Part shown: positions 13,344 through 24,872 of the stretch, piece by piece
Numbering within the stretch: the stretch's first letter is position 1
How the letters are laid out: each line of letters starts with the position of its first letter
DNA from: Eledone cirrhosa
Taxonomy: Eukaryota
Assembly (NCBI GenBank): GCA_964016885.1
Contig: OZ024754.1
Location: 21,266,001-21,330,000, forward strand
Reading direction: 5' to 3'
Length of the DNA: 64,000 bases
The notes under the pieces: generated by a model
What the model was told of the DNA's origin: nothing
The model's input: the letters and a program-made list of their open reading frames with translations, nothing else
Database searches by the model: none
Position numbers and translations under genes: made by a program

Positions 13344-13756
13344 TCTATATATATAAAAGCAAGTAGGTCTGTGTGTGTGTGTGTGTCTGTCTGTGTACAA
13401 ATACTAGGCTCCTTTTAACTTTTGAAGTACTAGGCCGATTTCAACCAAATTTGGCACACATGTTGCTTATATGCCAGAGCAGGTTTTGGACAAAAACAAA
13501 TTTGAAAAAAAAATCGATATTGGGGCCGAAAAATCGATTTTGTGTGTGTATCTGTCTGTGTACAAATACTAGGCTCCTTTTAACTTTTGAAGTACTAGGC
13601 CCATTTGGCACGTGCTATTGAGGCGACCTCTCATTGGTTAGCCAATTAGCTGACATAAGCTGACATGCACTCAGAAATTGCTAGCTAAGCCATAAACGAC
13701 CTTGAACAATCCAGGCTGTCATTCATTTCCCGAACAACGCCGGGTACATCTGCTAG
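13344..13756 (+). mobile_element. Non-autonomous Helitron
   Basis: 5' TCTATATATATAAAA, internal (GT)/(CTGT) microsatellite, subterminal hairpin CCCG-AACAACGC-CGGG, 3' CTAG; inserted between A and T without TSD. Confidence 0.85.
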
Positions 13757-14426
13757 TATATTTATATATATCATTATCATCAACTTTCTACAGTCATTTT
13801 TCCATATTTGTCAGGTTTTGAGATGTCTTTGCCAGCACAACCACCTTCCACTCCTTGCATTTCTTTGTTATCTATTATTCTGCAAGGTTTAGAATTTTGA
13901 GATCACCTCTCACCACTTCTGCCAGGTCTTCCTCCTCTGCAGTTTCCTTCCACTTAATCCTCCTGGCACCTCTTCATCCAATCACAATCTTTCACATGCA
14001 TCACATGTCAACACTAATCTGTCCTTCCTCCTGGTCATTGCATCTGGCTCCTCATACCCAGCAACACTACACATCCATTGAAATATGTTTGCTTCTCTTC
14101 TCAGCACATTCTCTGCATTCACCTCCCACTGTCAACATCACACTTCATAAACTCCACCCTTCCTCCTCGGAGAGAAAAATGACTCTTTCATCAACAGAGA
14201 GGGTCGGTGAGGAGGGGGAGAGTATGTGTGTGTAAGAAAAAGAGAGAGAGGGGAGAGAAAGAGGGTGAGAAAGAGAGAGGGTGGAAGAGGGATAGAAGGA
14301 GTATAAGAGAGAGAGAGAGAGAGAGAGTGGGAAAGGGAGAGAGGGTGGAAAAAAGAGAGAGAGGGAGTATGAGAGAGAGAGTAATAAATATTTATTCCTG
14401 TACAACATACACAACTATAAACATAT

Positions 14427-17400
14427 CTATCTAAGGCAGGTAAAATTCCCAAGATCCATGGACGAGTTCTCTCCAGCGGTCACTGTCCTTCATCATTGCT
14501 GCCATGTCCTGCGTCTCCAAGAGACCTGTGTCTGTCCTTGGGGCATCAACATATGTCAGCCTTGGTCTCCCTCTTCCCTTAGTGTCAACTCTGAATGTCG
14601 GTGAGCATGTCCAGCTAACCTCAGTCTCCTCTGTGTTACTTTTGAGCTAACTTTTGAGAGGCTCCCATACAGCTCTGAGTTCTTCATCCTCAGTGTATAC
14701 TGATTAATGTTCAGAGCCATCCTCAGCATTCCCGTGTAGCACCCATCCACCATCTGAGTGAGTTTCTCAGTCAGTGTCCAAGTATCAGACCCGTACAGTA
14801 GCACAGACTCCACTGTAGCCATGAAGAGATGGATCTTCAGGTTTTTACAAAGTCCGACTTCCACACTAATCTCATGCTGTGGCACACCGCCCAGGCTCTG
14901 CTCTTCCTCTCAACTACATCATCTTTCATGTTCCCAATCTTTGGTCTTAAATACAGGAAGTCCTCAACCAACTCTAGTGGCTTCCCGCCAACATTAGTAA
15001 TCTTCTCTGGCTTCTTAATATCCTCTACCAGATACTTCGTCTTAATCTCATTCATTCTCAGCCCCATACTCATCGACACAGTCTCAACCTCCCGCATCAA
15101 ATCCTCTGCCTCCTTCACTGTATTTGTCACCAAAACTATGTTGTCAGCAAATTCAGCATCTGATATCTTTTTCGCCTTAACTCTCCTGCTCTGAACCAGT
15201 GCTACAGTAAAGCCAGAGTCCTGGTGTTTCTCCAGCGCAAGGTGCATACAATAGTCCACTACAATGATAAAAAGGTAGGGAGCCAATGTATCTCCCTGGA
15301 GCACTCCAGCCAGTATCTCAAAGAACTCTGTCATCCCATCAGGTGTAATGACTTGGGCTTTGATGTTGGTGTAGAGCAGTGATATCAGGTTGACTATCTT
15401 TTTGGGGATTCCATAAGTCTGTAAGATCTTCATCAGACAGTGACGGTCCACAGAATCAAAGGCCTTCCTAAAGTCAATGAAAACCATGACAGCAGGAAGG
15501 CTCTTTGCTCTAGCTCCCTCTAATATCCTCCTCAGTATCAGAATGTGACTGGTGGTTGATCTTCCATCTCTGAAGCCATTCTGGTTGTCCCTGAGAATCT
15601 TCTCCATCTCAGGCTGGATCCTGTTAAGAATCATCCTGTTGAGGGTCTTTGATACAAGTGACGTCAGTGAGATCCCCTTGTGGTTGTTGGTGTTAGAGAG
15701 ATTTCCCTTCTTTGGCACTGGGATGATGTTACTGATCCTCCACTGATTCGGGGCAACTCCTTTCTCCAGTGCCTGGTTACAGAACCCCAGGATGATATCA
15801 TCAAAATCACACCTCTTCATCACCTCCAAGGCCACTCCATCTTCTCCATGAGCCTTGTCCTCTTTGATCTTCTTGGCTCTTTGAAGCTCCTCTCTGATGA
15901 AGGGTCCTGTCTCAGTTCCAGAAACAGCTGCCTGATCTCCCCAGTGTTCTGGGCTGTGGAGAGCGGATCTCCTAGTAGGGTCCTAAAAGGGTCCAGACAT
16001 TTCCTCTTCCTATCCTTGGTATGTCTGGGGTATGTCCTGGGTATGACATTAAACTGCATCCAGTGGCAAGGCTCCAGTTCGGGAGTTCAGGAGCTGTGGG
16101 GAATGTGGAGTTACCCCTTAGTTGTTATCACTCCCGGGTCTGTTCTGACCCAGAGTAGTAGTACCTGTTAGGGCCCCATTTATGGGTTAAATAACTACCT
16201 TATTCAAGTGGCGCCGGTAAGGTATTATCAGCCATTGAAAAGAACCATGGAGAGTGGATTTAACAGCACTAGGGTTAGAGCCCCTAACGACGCTGTCAAA
16301 GAGCAGTCTGGTCGTTATGACTCTGCTGGTTTAGAGCCACAGGGAGGGCCAGTGGGTGATGGATCAGCTCTCTCTGAGACAAATATAATTGTTTCTACTT
16401 TAGGCACAAGGCCAGCAATTACCCAGTGCATTACTGGTACTTTATTTTATCGACCCCCGTAAGGATGAAAGGCAAAGTCAACCTCGGCAGGATTTGAACT
16501 CAGATTGTAAAGGGACGTAACTATGCTGGAAAGCATGGCGTCCGACCCTCTACTGATACTGCCAATCCACCGCCCTTGAGACAAATATAATGAATGCAGT
16601 TTTGTCCTGCAGAAGAGCCATTAAAATGGGCACTCTGAATGTGAGGACTATTTGAACACTGGAGAAGAGAGAGGAGTTGGGACATCTGTTTGAGGAGAGT
16701 GGTATACAGATACATTCGATCCAAGAACACAGGATTCTACATGATGAGCCCGTGAAGAGAATGAGGATTGGGAAGAGCAGCCAGTTCATCACCACATCGG
16801 CAGTGAGGAACATGACCAATGCTGCAGTGGGAGGAGTGGGTTTTGTTTTCAGCACAAAAACCCGTCTATTGGTGAAGGAAATCATACCTGTCTCCCCGTG
16901 AGTGTTGAGGGTGACCTTCAATGAAAACCCAAGACTGACAATCATCTCAGCCTATAGTCCAACCAAGGGAGACAGTAATGTGAGTGTGGCGGAGTTCCAT
17001 GAGGTGTGTAGAGCTGTCAACACCACACCAGCTCATAACATCCTGCTTGTTCTGGGGGACTTCGATGCACATCTGAGTAAGGAGAGCAGTGAAGATCCTT
17101 GCTGGTACTTCCATAAAACACCAACTGAAATGGAAGACTTCTGAGGGACACCCTGTTGGAGGTGAACTTGATGGTAACCAAACTAAGGTTTAGGAAGAAT
17201 CTGGGGAAGACATGGACCTACATCTCTCATATGCACCTGTCCAAGTCCCAGATTGAATTCATTCTGGTGAGGAAAAAGTGGCGGAATAGTGTTCTGAACT
17301 CAAACCATGCAACTATTTCAGTACACTGGGTAGTGACCACTGGCTTGTTATGAGTGAGGTCCGGGTGAGCTTAAGAAAGAGCAAGGCTCGGCCCCGGAGA

Positions 17401-17880
17401 GCTATCTATGACTGAGGAGCTTTCAAGGAAGATGATAAGCTACAGAAGAGGTTCACAGTAGAAGTGGGGAACAGGTTCAGTGCTCTGTGTGGAGAGGCAG
17501 AAGAGAGAGAGATTGGAGGGACTGAGAGTGTGACGAGGAGGTACAGGTACTTCACCAATGCAGTGGCAGAAACAAGTGAGACCCTGGTGCCGAGGAGAGA
17601 GAAGAGGAAGCACGTCAGCTCTGTAGACCCAAAAGTGTGTGCGGCCTGAGAACACCTGAAAGCTGCCAAGGACCAATTCTATGTTGATCCTACGGAGGAG
17701 AGGAAGGAGAATATGGAGGTGATGAGGGAAGAACTCTACCTCTTACACTGAGGCCAGAGAGGAGGCACTGATAGAAAAGATCAGAAGTGTGGAGAGAGCG
17801 GTTGACATGTCTAGGTGTAAAGAGAGCTGGACGATCATCAACGAGATCACAGGGAGAAAGAGAGGGGGTTTCGAGTCAGA
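14427..17880 (-). mobile_element. Full-length RTE-clade LINE pseudogene: 3' half (RT) on minus strand 14427-16025, 5' half (5'UTR + APE endonuclease) inverted on plus strand about 16026-17880
   Basis: RT motifs PVPKKG, NQNGFR, FIDFRKAFDSV, GVLQGDTLAPYLF, FADN, VESVLLYGSDTW. APE motifs GTLNVRT, IQEHR, GGVGF, ISAYSPT, LGDFDAH, SQIEFIL. 11-bp TSD TATAAACATAT at 14416-14426 and 17881-17891. Confidence 0.9.
16390..16576 (-). mobile_element. SINE nested in the LINE 5' region
   Basis: Same family as 8751-8934; TSD TGAGACAAATATAAT at 16375-16389 and 16577-16591. Confidence 0.9.
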
Positions 17881-17913
17881 TATAAACATATATACTATAA
17901 CAAACACTTAAAT

Positions 17914-18277
17914 TAGGTAGTAACATGTGCTTATGTCGTATTTGACTAAATAGAATTAGTCTGTTAATTGGGATTTTAAAAAACCCTCTGAATGGAAAAA
18001 AGGATGAGTATTGACGTCCAAGGGACATGAATGGAAGGAACTATGGGTGGCGTGTTGGTGTAATGGTAACACATTGCTCCGGCAAACCAAAGATGTGGGT
18101 TCGTGTACCATGTACATCAATACTCATCCTTTTTTCCATTCAGAGGGTTTTTTTAAATCCCAACTAACTGACTAATTCTATTTAGTCAAATACGGTGTAA
18201 AGCACATGTTACTACCTAATTTTCAAATTCGCTAGCCATTTGTAAACAAAGCCTGCTTTGTGTCACCCTATTAATAT
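17914..18277 (+). mobile_element. tRNA-headed SINE-like insertion with a fold-back (about 110-120 bp inverted duplication)
   Basis: Arms about 17911-18030 and 18100-18220. Loop has A-box-like TGGTGTAATGG followed by GGTTCG. TSD ACAAACACTTAAAT at 17900-17913 and 18278-18291. Confidence 0.75.
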
Positions 18278-19387
18278 ACAAACACTTAAATATTTTAAAT
18301 CAAGACAACTTCTAATTTTTTTCTTTGTCTGCCAGAGAAATTATCAAGTTTATCAATTTTGAAATGAAACCAAATTGACTATCCAGCAATGCACTGAAAG
18401 GATTTATTTAATCCGATTTAATATCCCATTATATATCTGACATCAGAATACAAAATTACTGATCTATTAATCTAACAAATATTATAAGCTGCCACTGGCT
18501 ATTATTGCTACTTAACAATAACTGTTGCTTGCGGAAATCTATATTTCCATTCTGCTTTCTTTTCCCTTAAAAAATTCGAAGTTATATTTATAAAAAAACA
18601 AAAACAAAAAAACAAAAAAAATCTAAATTCTTACCACACATAATGAAATAGCATTACAGATTATATGTCAGGTATATGCACACATGTTGGACATAGCTCA
18701 TCAATGCTATACCAACATGGAAAATGAGAACACAGGGCTCAATAGATAACATAGAAACAAAGATCCTATCCACACATAGAACTGACACAACACTCAGACA
18801 AATTATGGAGACCACATTATATATATACATTACATACTTAAGTGAAGGTGCATAGCTTCCATAGAAATGAGTTGTAACGTCACAGGTGCCAAGCTGTATT
18901 GGCCTTTGCCTTTCCCTTGGACAACATCGATGGCATGGAGAGGGGAGACTGGTATGTATGGGTGACTACTAGTCTTCCACAAATAACTTTCCCTGACTTG
19001 TACCATGGAAGGGAAACTTTCTAGGGGGTCTTTACACTTAAATATTGATTTATTGATATCAGGAAGATAAACTCTTTGCTGATTCCATAATCCCACTTCA
19101 TGTCTTTGACTCTATTTAAAAGGGTACTTAGCACCCTTGGCAATTTCTATAATGTGAGCCCCCTTCTCACAGTAATCCATCCCATTCTCTGAAATAAGCT
19201 ATATGAAACAAAGATGTTCAGGAAATTATTATGTATTTAATTATACAAACCTGTATAAAACTCTCATCCTAATTGGTATTAAAAAATGGCAGTTCTGTTT
19301 CACTTAACATATAGCGAAAAAGTTTTGGTTATCATCTGTCATTTCATTTAAATAATGTGTCATCCCAAGTAAAATAAACAATATTAA

Positions 19388-19594
19388 CCCTTTAGTATTT
19401 TCATTACTCTATATTTACTATTATATTTTCACAGTAAAGGCTTTATCTCACATAATATTGAATCTATGAGATTTTGATATTATTTATTTTGAGAATAACT
19501 TAACATCAGTATGAGCAACCAGTTATGGTTGGTTTGAACAGAAAGAGGTGAGAGAATTCTGGCTGGATATGGTCGGTTTAAATGCATATAAAGT
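19388..19594. mobile_element. TTAA-flanked MITE (piggyBac-derived type)
   Basis: TTAA-CCCTTTAG ... TAAAGTG-TTAA; related reverse copy about 32460-32650, and similar ends at 35580/36780. Confidence 0.55.
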
Positions 19595-20051
19595 GTTAAA
19601 AAAAGATTTTCTTAAATGATAAATAGACAGAAAGAAGCCTCATATTCTCTTCAATGTGAGTTTCTCCATGGAATATAGTTGTGCAGGAGTTTTGTTGCCT
19701 ACATCAGTGTGTAGCCTCGAGTAACTCTAGTGTCACAGTGGAAGGGCCTGAAACACCTACAGAGTTACTTCACCCCCTGATGAGACATCAACTCCTGTAT
19801 TTGGAAGCAGAGTACAGCAGCACCCTCAGCACAGATCTGTGACTTTACCAAGCATTATGTGTGTGTATATATATATATTTTCGTTTCTTTTTATCTTTAT
19901 TCAAACCTTTTTTCTGTTTCTCCATTGTGATCCTGTCTCTATTTTGGACTGCTGAAGAAGGGCTTAAGCCCAACATGTCAAACTTTCTTTCCCCTTTCCT
20001 ATATAAAGCGTGAAACTAATAAGACTTTTTGTACTTCTGTTGTCTCCATAA

Positions 20052-20082
<31 letters not shown>

Positions 20083-20876
20083 CCTAAAAGTATGTACTCT
20101 CAGGTACTCTCGAATAATCGTCTCCCATCCCACTTATTCATTTTTCAGACCCCCCTCCCGCACACTTATTAAATTTTGCTAATCTATCTCCAGCAAATCT
20201 TATTGTAAATGGTAGCATCCCTGCAACAATTAATTATCTTTAGACATTAATAAAACATTATACATGACAAAAAGAAAAGAACATTACAAGAAATCCCATA
20301 CGTCATAAAATAAATAGGATGGGTAGGGGTGTTAATATGTAAACTAAACGACTGATTCTGGGTTTTTTTAATCAAGGGAGACAATCATTTCTATATTAAA
20401 TAGTTGTTTCTACTTTTAGTACAAGGCCAGCAATTATCTCAGTGCATTACTGGTACTTTATTTTATCGACCATGTAAGGATGAAAGGCAAAGTTAACCTC
20501 GGCAGTATTTGAACTCAGACAGTAAATGGACGTAACTCTATGTTGGAAGCAAGGCGTCCGACCCTCTACCGATGCTGCCAATCCAACCTTTTTTAACTGT
20601 GGTTACCCCCGATGTTACTCGGGATTTACATTATATATGAGTGGGTCCACAGCTTATGCATGTGTGGAAAAACGGACATGAAAAGATGAAGGATTATATG
20701 TATATGGATAAGATTAAAAACTAGTTAGACTATTCAACTAAATAGTCCATATTTTAAAGAAAATGGTGTGGGGATATTATTCTAAATATATAAACCATGC
20801 TCAAATCGTTTCGTTGCAAAAGTAGAAATTAATGCATAAGTATATATATACATATATATAAGATATATTGTTTTTT

Positions 20877-21130
20877 CCAGCCTGTGACGTTCGAGATATT
20901 TGATGGAGTTCGGCCGCTGACAGCGAAGTTCTCTTCGTCGCTGGTGGCTAGCCTTACTGAGGTGTCAGGTGATGCTCGTGAGGGTGCCGGTTGTTCCAGC
21001 ATCTTAGCCTCTCCATTACCCGTAGCAATGTTGCGAGCGTATTGACTTGCCTCAGAGTGTTTAGTTAACCCTTATGTGATGTGCGGCCGATTGCGCACTT
21101 GCTGGTGAATTGATGGTCGTTTTTGCTTCC
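20877..21130 (+). ncRNA. Candidate structured non-coding RNA of unknown family
   Basis: GC/CpG-rich island; stems TCGGCCGC/GCGGCCGA, CAGCGA..TCGCTG, CTGAGG/CCTCAG, GTCA/TGAC, ATGCTCGTGA/TTGCGAGCGT (G-U pairs on plus strand); upstream TA-rich tract and downstream T runs. Confidence 0.45.
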
Positions 21131-21389
21131 CCCCACCTTTTTTTTTTCTTTTATGCGTTTATATGTGTTTATCAACATTACATTTGTAAGATCTTCTGAA
21201 CGAATTGCGAGCAATTTATAATGGTATTTACTCATATGTAATATTTTAATTCAATAAATTAATTGTAATGTATGTGAAAATACATATATATGTTAAATAA
21301 AGTACTTTATATACTTAAAATATTAGGATGAGAAAAGAAGCTGATCAATTTGAGAAGCAGGAGTAACGGTCTCAATGATATCGTCAAGC

Positions 21390-21520
21390 GTCCATATTTA
21401 GACCAATCAGAAGAAGCTATTAGTAAATTGTTTGGTATTGACCAATGAGAAAGAAGCCCGCCAACAACCGGTACAAGACACTCTACCGACCCCACAGTTA
21501 AATATTACCTGGCCACCTCC
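21390..21520 (+). promoter_or_regulatory. Probable LBR promoter (two CCAAT boxes, GC-box-like CCCGCC) and non-coding first exon ending at donor GTAAGT (21521)
   Basis: GACCAATCAG (about 21401) and GACCAATGAG (about 21440), CCCGCC about 21457, CTCC|GTAAGT. The link to LBR is inferred from the acceptor preceding the ATG exon. Confidence 0.55.
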
Positions 21521-21727
21521 GTAAGTAGTAAATATATTTTCCCTTACTTGTTTTCACTTTTATTTCTTCCAGCCCACTTGCTATTAAAAATAAATAACAA
21601 TGCAAATAATAAATATGTTTTTTTTTTAATGAAACTCGCAAAACAAATGAACTATGTCTTTTTTTTATTTTTATTTGATAATTGATTTAAAAATTAATCT
21701 CTAACTGATTAGTGATTTAATAATGTA

Positions 21728-21825
21728 AAGGGTGTCCCAAAAAATGTATACACACAAGCTGCATTGTAATAAATATTGCCTGTCCAGGTAATCAAAGTGT
21801 GTATACATTTTGGGGGGACACCCTA
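21728..21825. mobile_element. Tc1/mariner-type MITE
   Basis: TIR AGGGTGTCCCAAAAAATGTATACAC / GTGTATACATTTTGGGGGGACACCCT flanked by TA. Confidence 0.75.
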
Positions 21826-23734
21826 TATATATATATCTGGAAAGGAAAGGAGACGTTAATTGTCCTTCCTGCAACTTGTTTATAAACACCATCTGTTAAT
21901 GTTATTTCCTTCTGCTATTGCCGGTCTCACACCTTCCTATGTATCTACACTTGGATACTTTCTGTTTCTGTAAACACTATTTTCTGTTTCTTTTGCTAAA
22001 CAACCACCACCTTTTGTTTATTATTTAGTGACATTCGCCAATGTTATAAATATATATTCTTTAACTGGTTGGTCTAAATAGTGGTTTTACTTTACCTGTG
22101 CTAGAATAATTAATATTTCATATCATATTATTATTATTACGGGGTCGACAAATAAAGTACCAGTAATACACTAGGGTAGATTTAATCGACCCCCCTCCCC
22201 CTCCTCAATTGTTGGCCTTGTTCCTAAAGCAGAAACTATTATTATTCGTCGAATCATTTTTAACCCTTTGTCCCAATATTCATCCAACATAAAATAAAAT
22301 TAGTTTAGATTAAATTGAATTAAAATGACTTGTATTTATCTAAATTCTTTCAGATATAAACTTTGTTTACGTTGAGTGGCGTTCAGCTTGTGAGTTTGCT
22401 TTTCTTGGTTTAATGTTTTCAAATATCTGAGGGAGAAAAATAACAGTTCTATGTTAACCCTTTCATAGCCATATTTCTAACGAAAGACATTGCCTGCGAT
22501 TTTTCAAATAATTTCTAAGAAAAACAAGGATATGGAGCAGTAGGATAATATAATATAACTACTTTCTCATATTTGGAGGATAACAGAGATTCTTATATGA
22601 AATATATATTTTGTATCATAGAACCAGGGGCTGTTTGCTAAAGGTTCTCTCTCCCTGCTTATTTTACTGCTGTCGGTGAGGGAAGCCGTTAGTCACAAAG
22701 GGTTGAGTATGTTTCTAAACGACTGCTGAGTGACAGACATGCTACTGATGGAGGTCAACAGAAATTCACCTCCTCCTTAAACAATACATATTTTATTAAC
22801 AGCGCGAACACAGCGTGAGGCCATCCTTCGTTTTAGGTTGACGCACTGGATGTCGCGCATCTTTTTATATTTTAGTATTTATCGTAATTTTATTACTACA
22901 ACCCACCTTTTTATTATTATTATTATAATTCTTTATGTCAACCCTTGTGGTTAATAAAGAAAGTATTATTATAATTCTTTTGTGTGTGGCCTAGCGGTCA
23001 GGGTAACCGTGGCTTTTTGTGGGCTTTCTCCATGAGTGACCCCTCGGAAGCTCCCCCAATTGTTTCTTTTTTATACATATAATTTTGTTTTTTGTTTTTA
23101 CTCGCAGAAATGTCCATTTGTATTGTCCTGTGCTGTCCTTAATGTTTTACTTTATGTCAACCCGTGTGATTAATAAAGAAAGCATTGTTGTAATTATTGT
23201 GCCAAAAGTAGAAACAATTGTTATTATCGTTCGTTGTCATTAAATACCACCATCCAAACTACTTAAACAATAATAAATGTTTAACGACTAGATAAATAAA
23301 ATAGAAACACGAATAAAAACGCTCCACTTCTGATGCGTCTACCTAAGACGAAGGATCGCCCGTATATCTAAGCACGTACAACATACTTTCCAGCGAGACT
23401 ATAATGTGTTTATTATAAATAAACATATTGTAATATGTTTCCATTTATATATATATTATATAATTTATATATATATTATATAATATATATATATATATTT
23501 ATATATTAGTTATGTAATAAACAACATAAGATAATTATTTCATTTACCAGTGGTTTCTTAAAAGCAAACAAATCTGCTTTCAGTCGTCAGAATGAAAAAA
23601 TCCTGGTGTTTTTATTGAACGTGGATTTGAAAACAAAAATATAAGAAATCATAACTAATAAGCTCTGTAACCTACATAGAGCACTCTTTTTTCCTGGACC
23701 TTTCCGACGGAATTACTTCATACATATTTATATA

Positions 23735-24872
23735 TTATGTATATGTCCGTATACACGCATCATACAGTCTGCCTTTCATTTTGAGGGAAAAGCCTTTTGC
23801 AGCTAGCAGCGGCAGTAGCTCCCTGAACTTCTTCCATCCCGTTCTTACCCTAGTTATTGTACTTTCAGAACACCCACCTCTGCTGTTAATTCGGTCACCT
23901 AGGTAGTTGAAGCAGTCTACTGTTTCTACAGAGCCCTCCCAGAGTTTGGTGGTGCTTTTTTCCTGTGGCTGCTTGCTGTCCCAGTGCAGCTGGTACATCT
24001 GAAGCCTACATTCTTAGTTCAGCTTCCTGAGATCCCACTACATCTCTTGTGTACCCATTGCTTGCATTTGGCGGAGAGGATGGAGTTCCTACCTACACCT
24101 TTCCTACATACTGAGCAAGAGCATTTCCCTGAGGGGATCTGGGTTCTGTTTTCTCGTCTACTTACAAGGACCTTAGTCTTTGTCAGGTTGACTTTGAGAC
24201 CCTTTCTTTCTAGTCCCTGCTTCCAAGTTTGGAATTTGTTCTCTAGTTCTACCATAGATTCAGCATACAGGAGTTCCCATGGGCATCCGGTCTAAAACTT
24301 CTCTGTTATTGCCTGCAAAACTATGATGGACAGGAGAGGGCTAAGAACAGAGCTCTGGTGGACACCAACCTGTACGCTAAATTCCTCGCTATAGTCATTG
24401 CTAATCCTAACTTTGCTGACTGCTCCCCTATACATGGCTTGTACAGCTTTCACAAGCCATTCATCTACTCCTAGTTTTCTAAGAGCCCACCAGATTATAG
24501 CACGGGACTCTGTCAAAGGTTCTCTCCAGATCGACGAATGCCAGGTAGAGCGGCTTACTTTTAGCTAGGTACTTTTTCTGGCACAAACCCAAATTGCATC
24601 TCATCTAGTTTTACTCGGTCCCTAATCAACTGTGCTATAACTCTTTCCATTACTTTCATGACCTGGTCCATCAGCTTTATAGCTCTATAGTTTCCTCTAT
24701 CTAGTGCATCACTTTGTAGCAGTTGACAATGATGCTACTGCACCAATCCTTTGGTATGACACCTAGTATTACCTGGTTAACAATACGTGTGGTTATGGTG
24801 TGACCTACCGACCCAGAAGCCTTCAGCATCTCGGCAGCTTATACCCGATGGACCGGTTGCCTTCCTCGTCTT
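23735..24872 (-). mobile_element. RTE LINE fragment (RT with Cys-rich PHD-like insert)
   Basis: IWWALRKLGVDEWLV, GVHQSSVLSPLL, GLKVNLTKTK, CSVCRKGVGRNSI..CKQWVHKRCSGI, VDCFNYLGD, KGRLYDAC. Confidence 0.88.

Noticed and set aside
18045-18110. tRNA gene
   Set aside because: A/B-box-like motifs only; no complete cloverleaf; it is a SINE head.
21064-21075. TTAACCCTTA as a telomerase RNA template
   Set aside because: Only 7 nt match (CCCTAA)n, it sits late in the folded region, and no clear pseudoknot, CR4/5 or H/ACA domain follows; kept only as a remark.
23329-23356. CTGATGC-GTCT-ACCTA-AGAC-GAAG as a hammerhead
   Set aside because: Two core deviations and no stem I/III; better explained as one arm of an inverted repeat.
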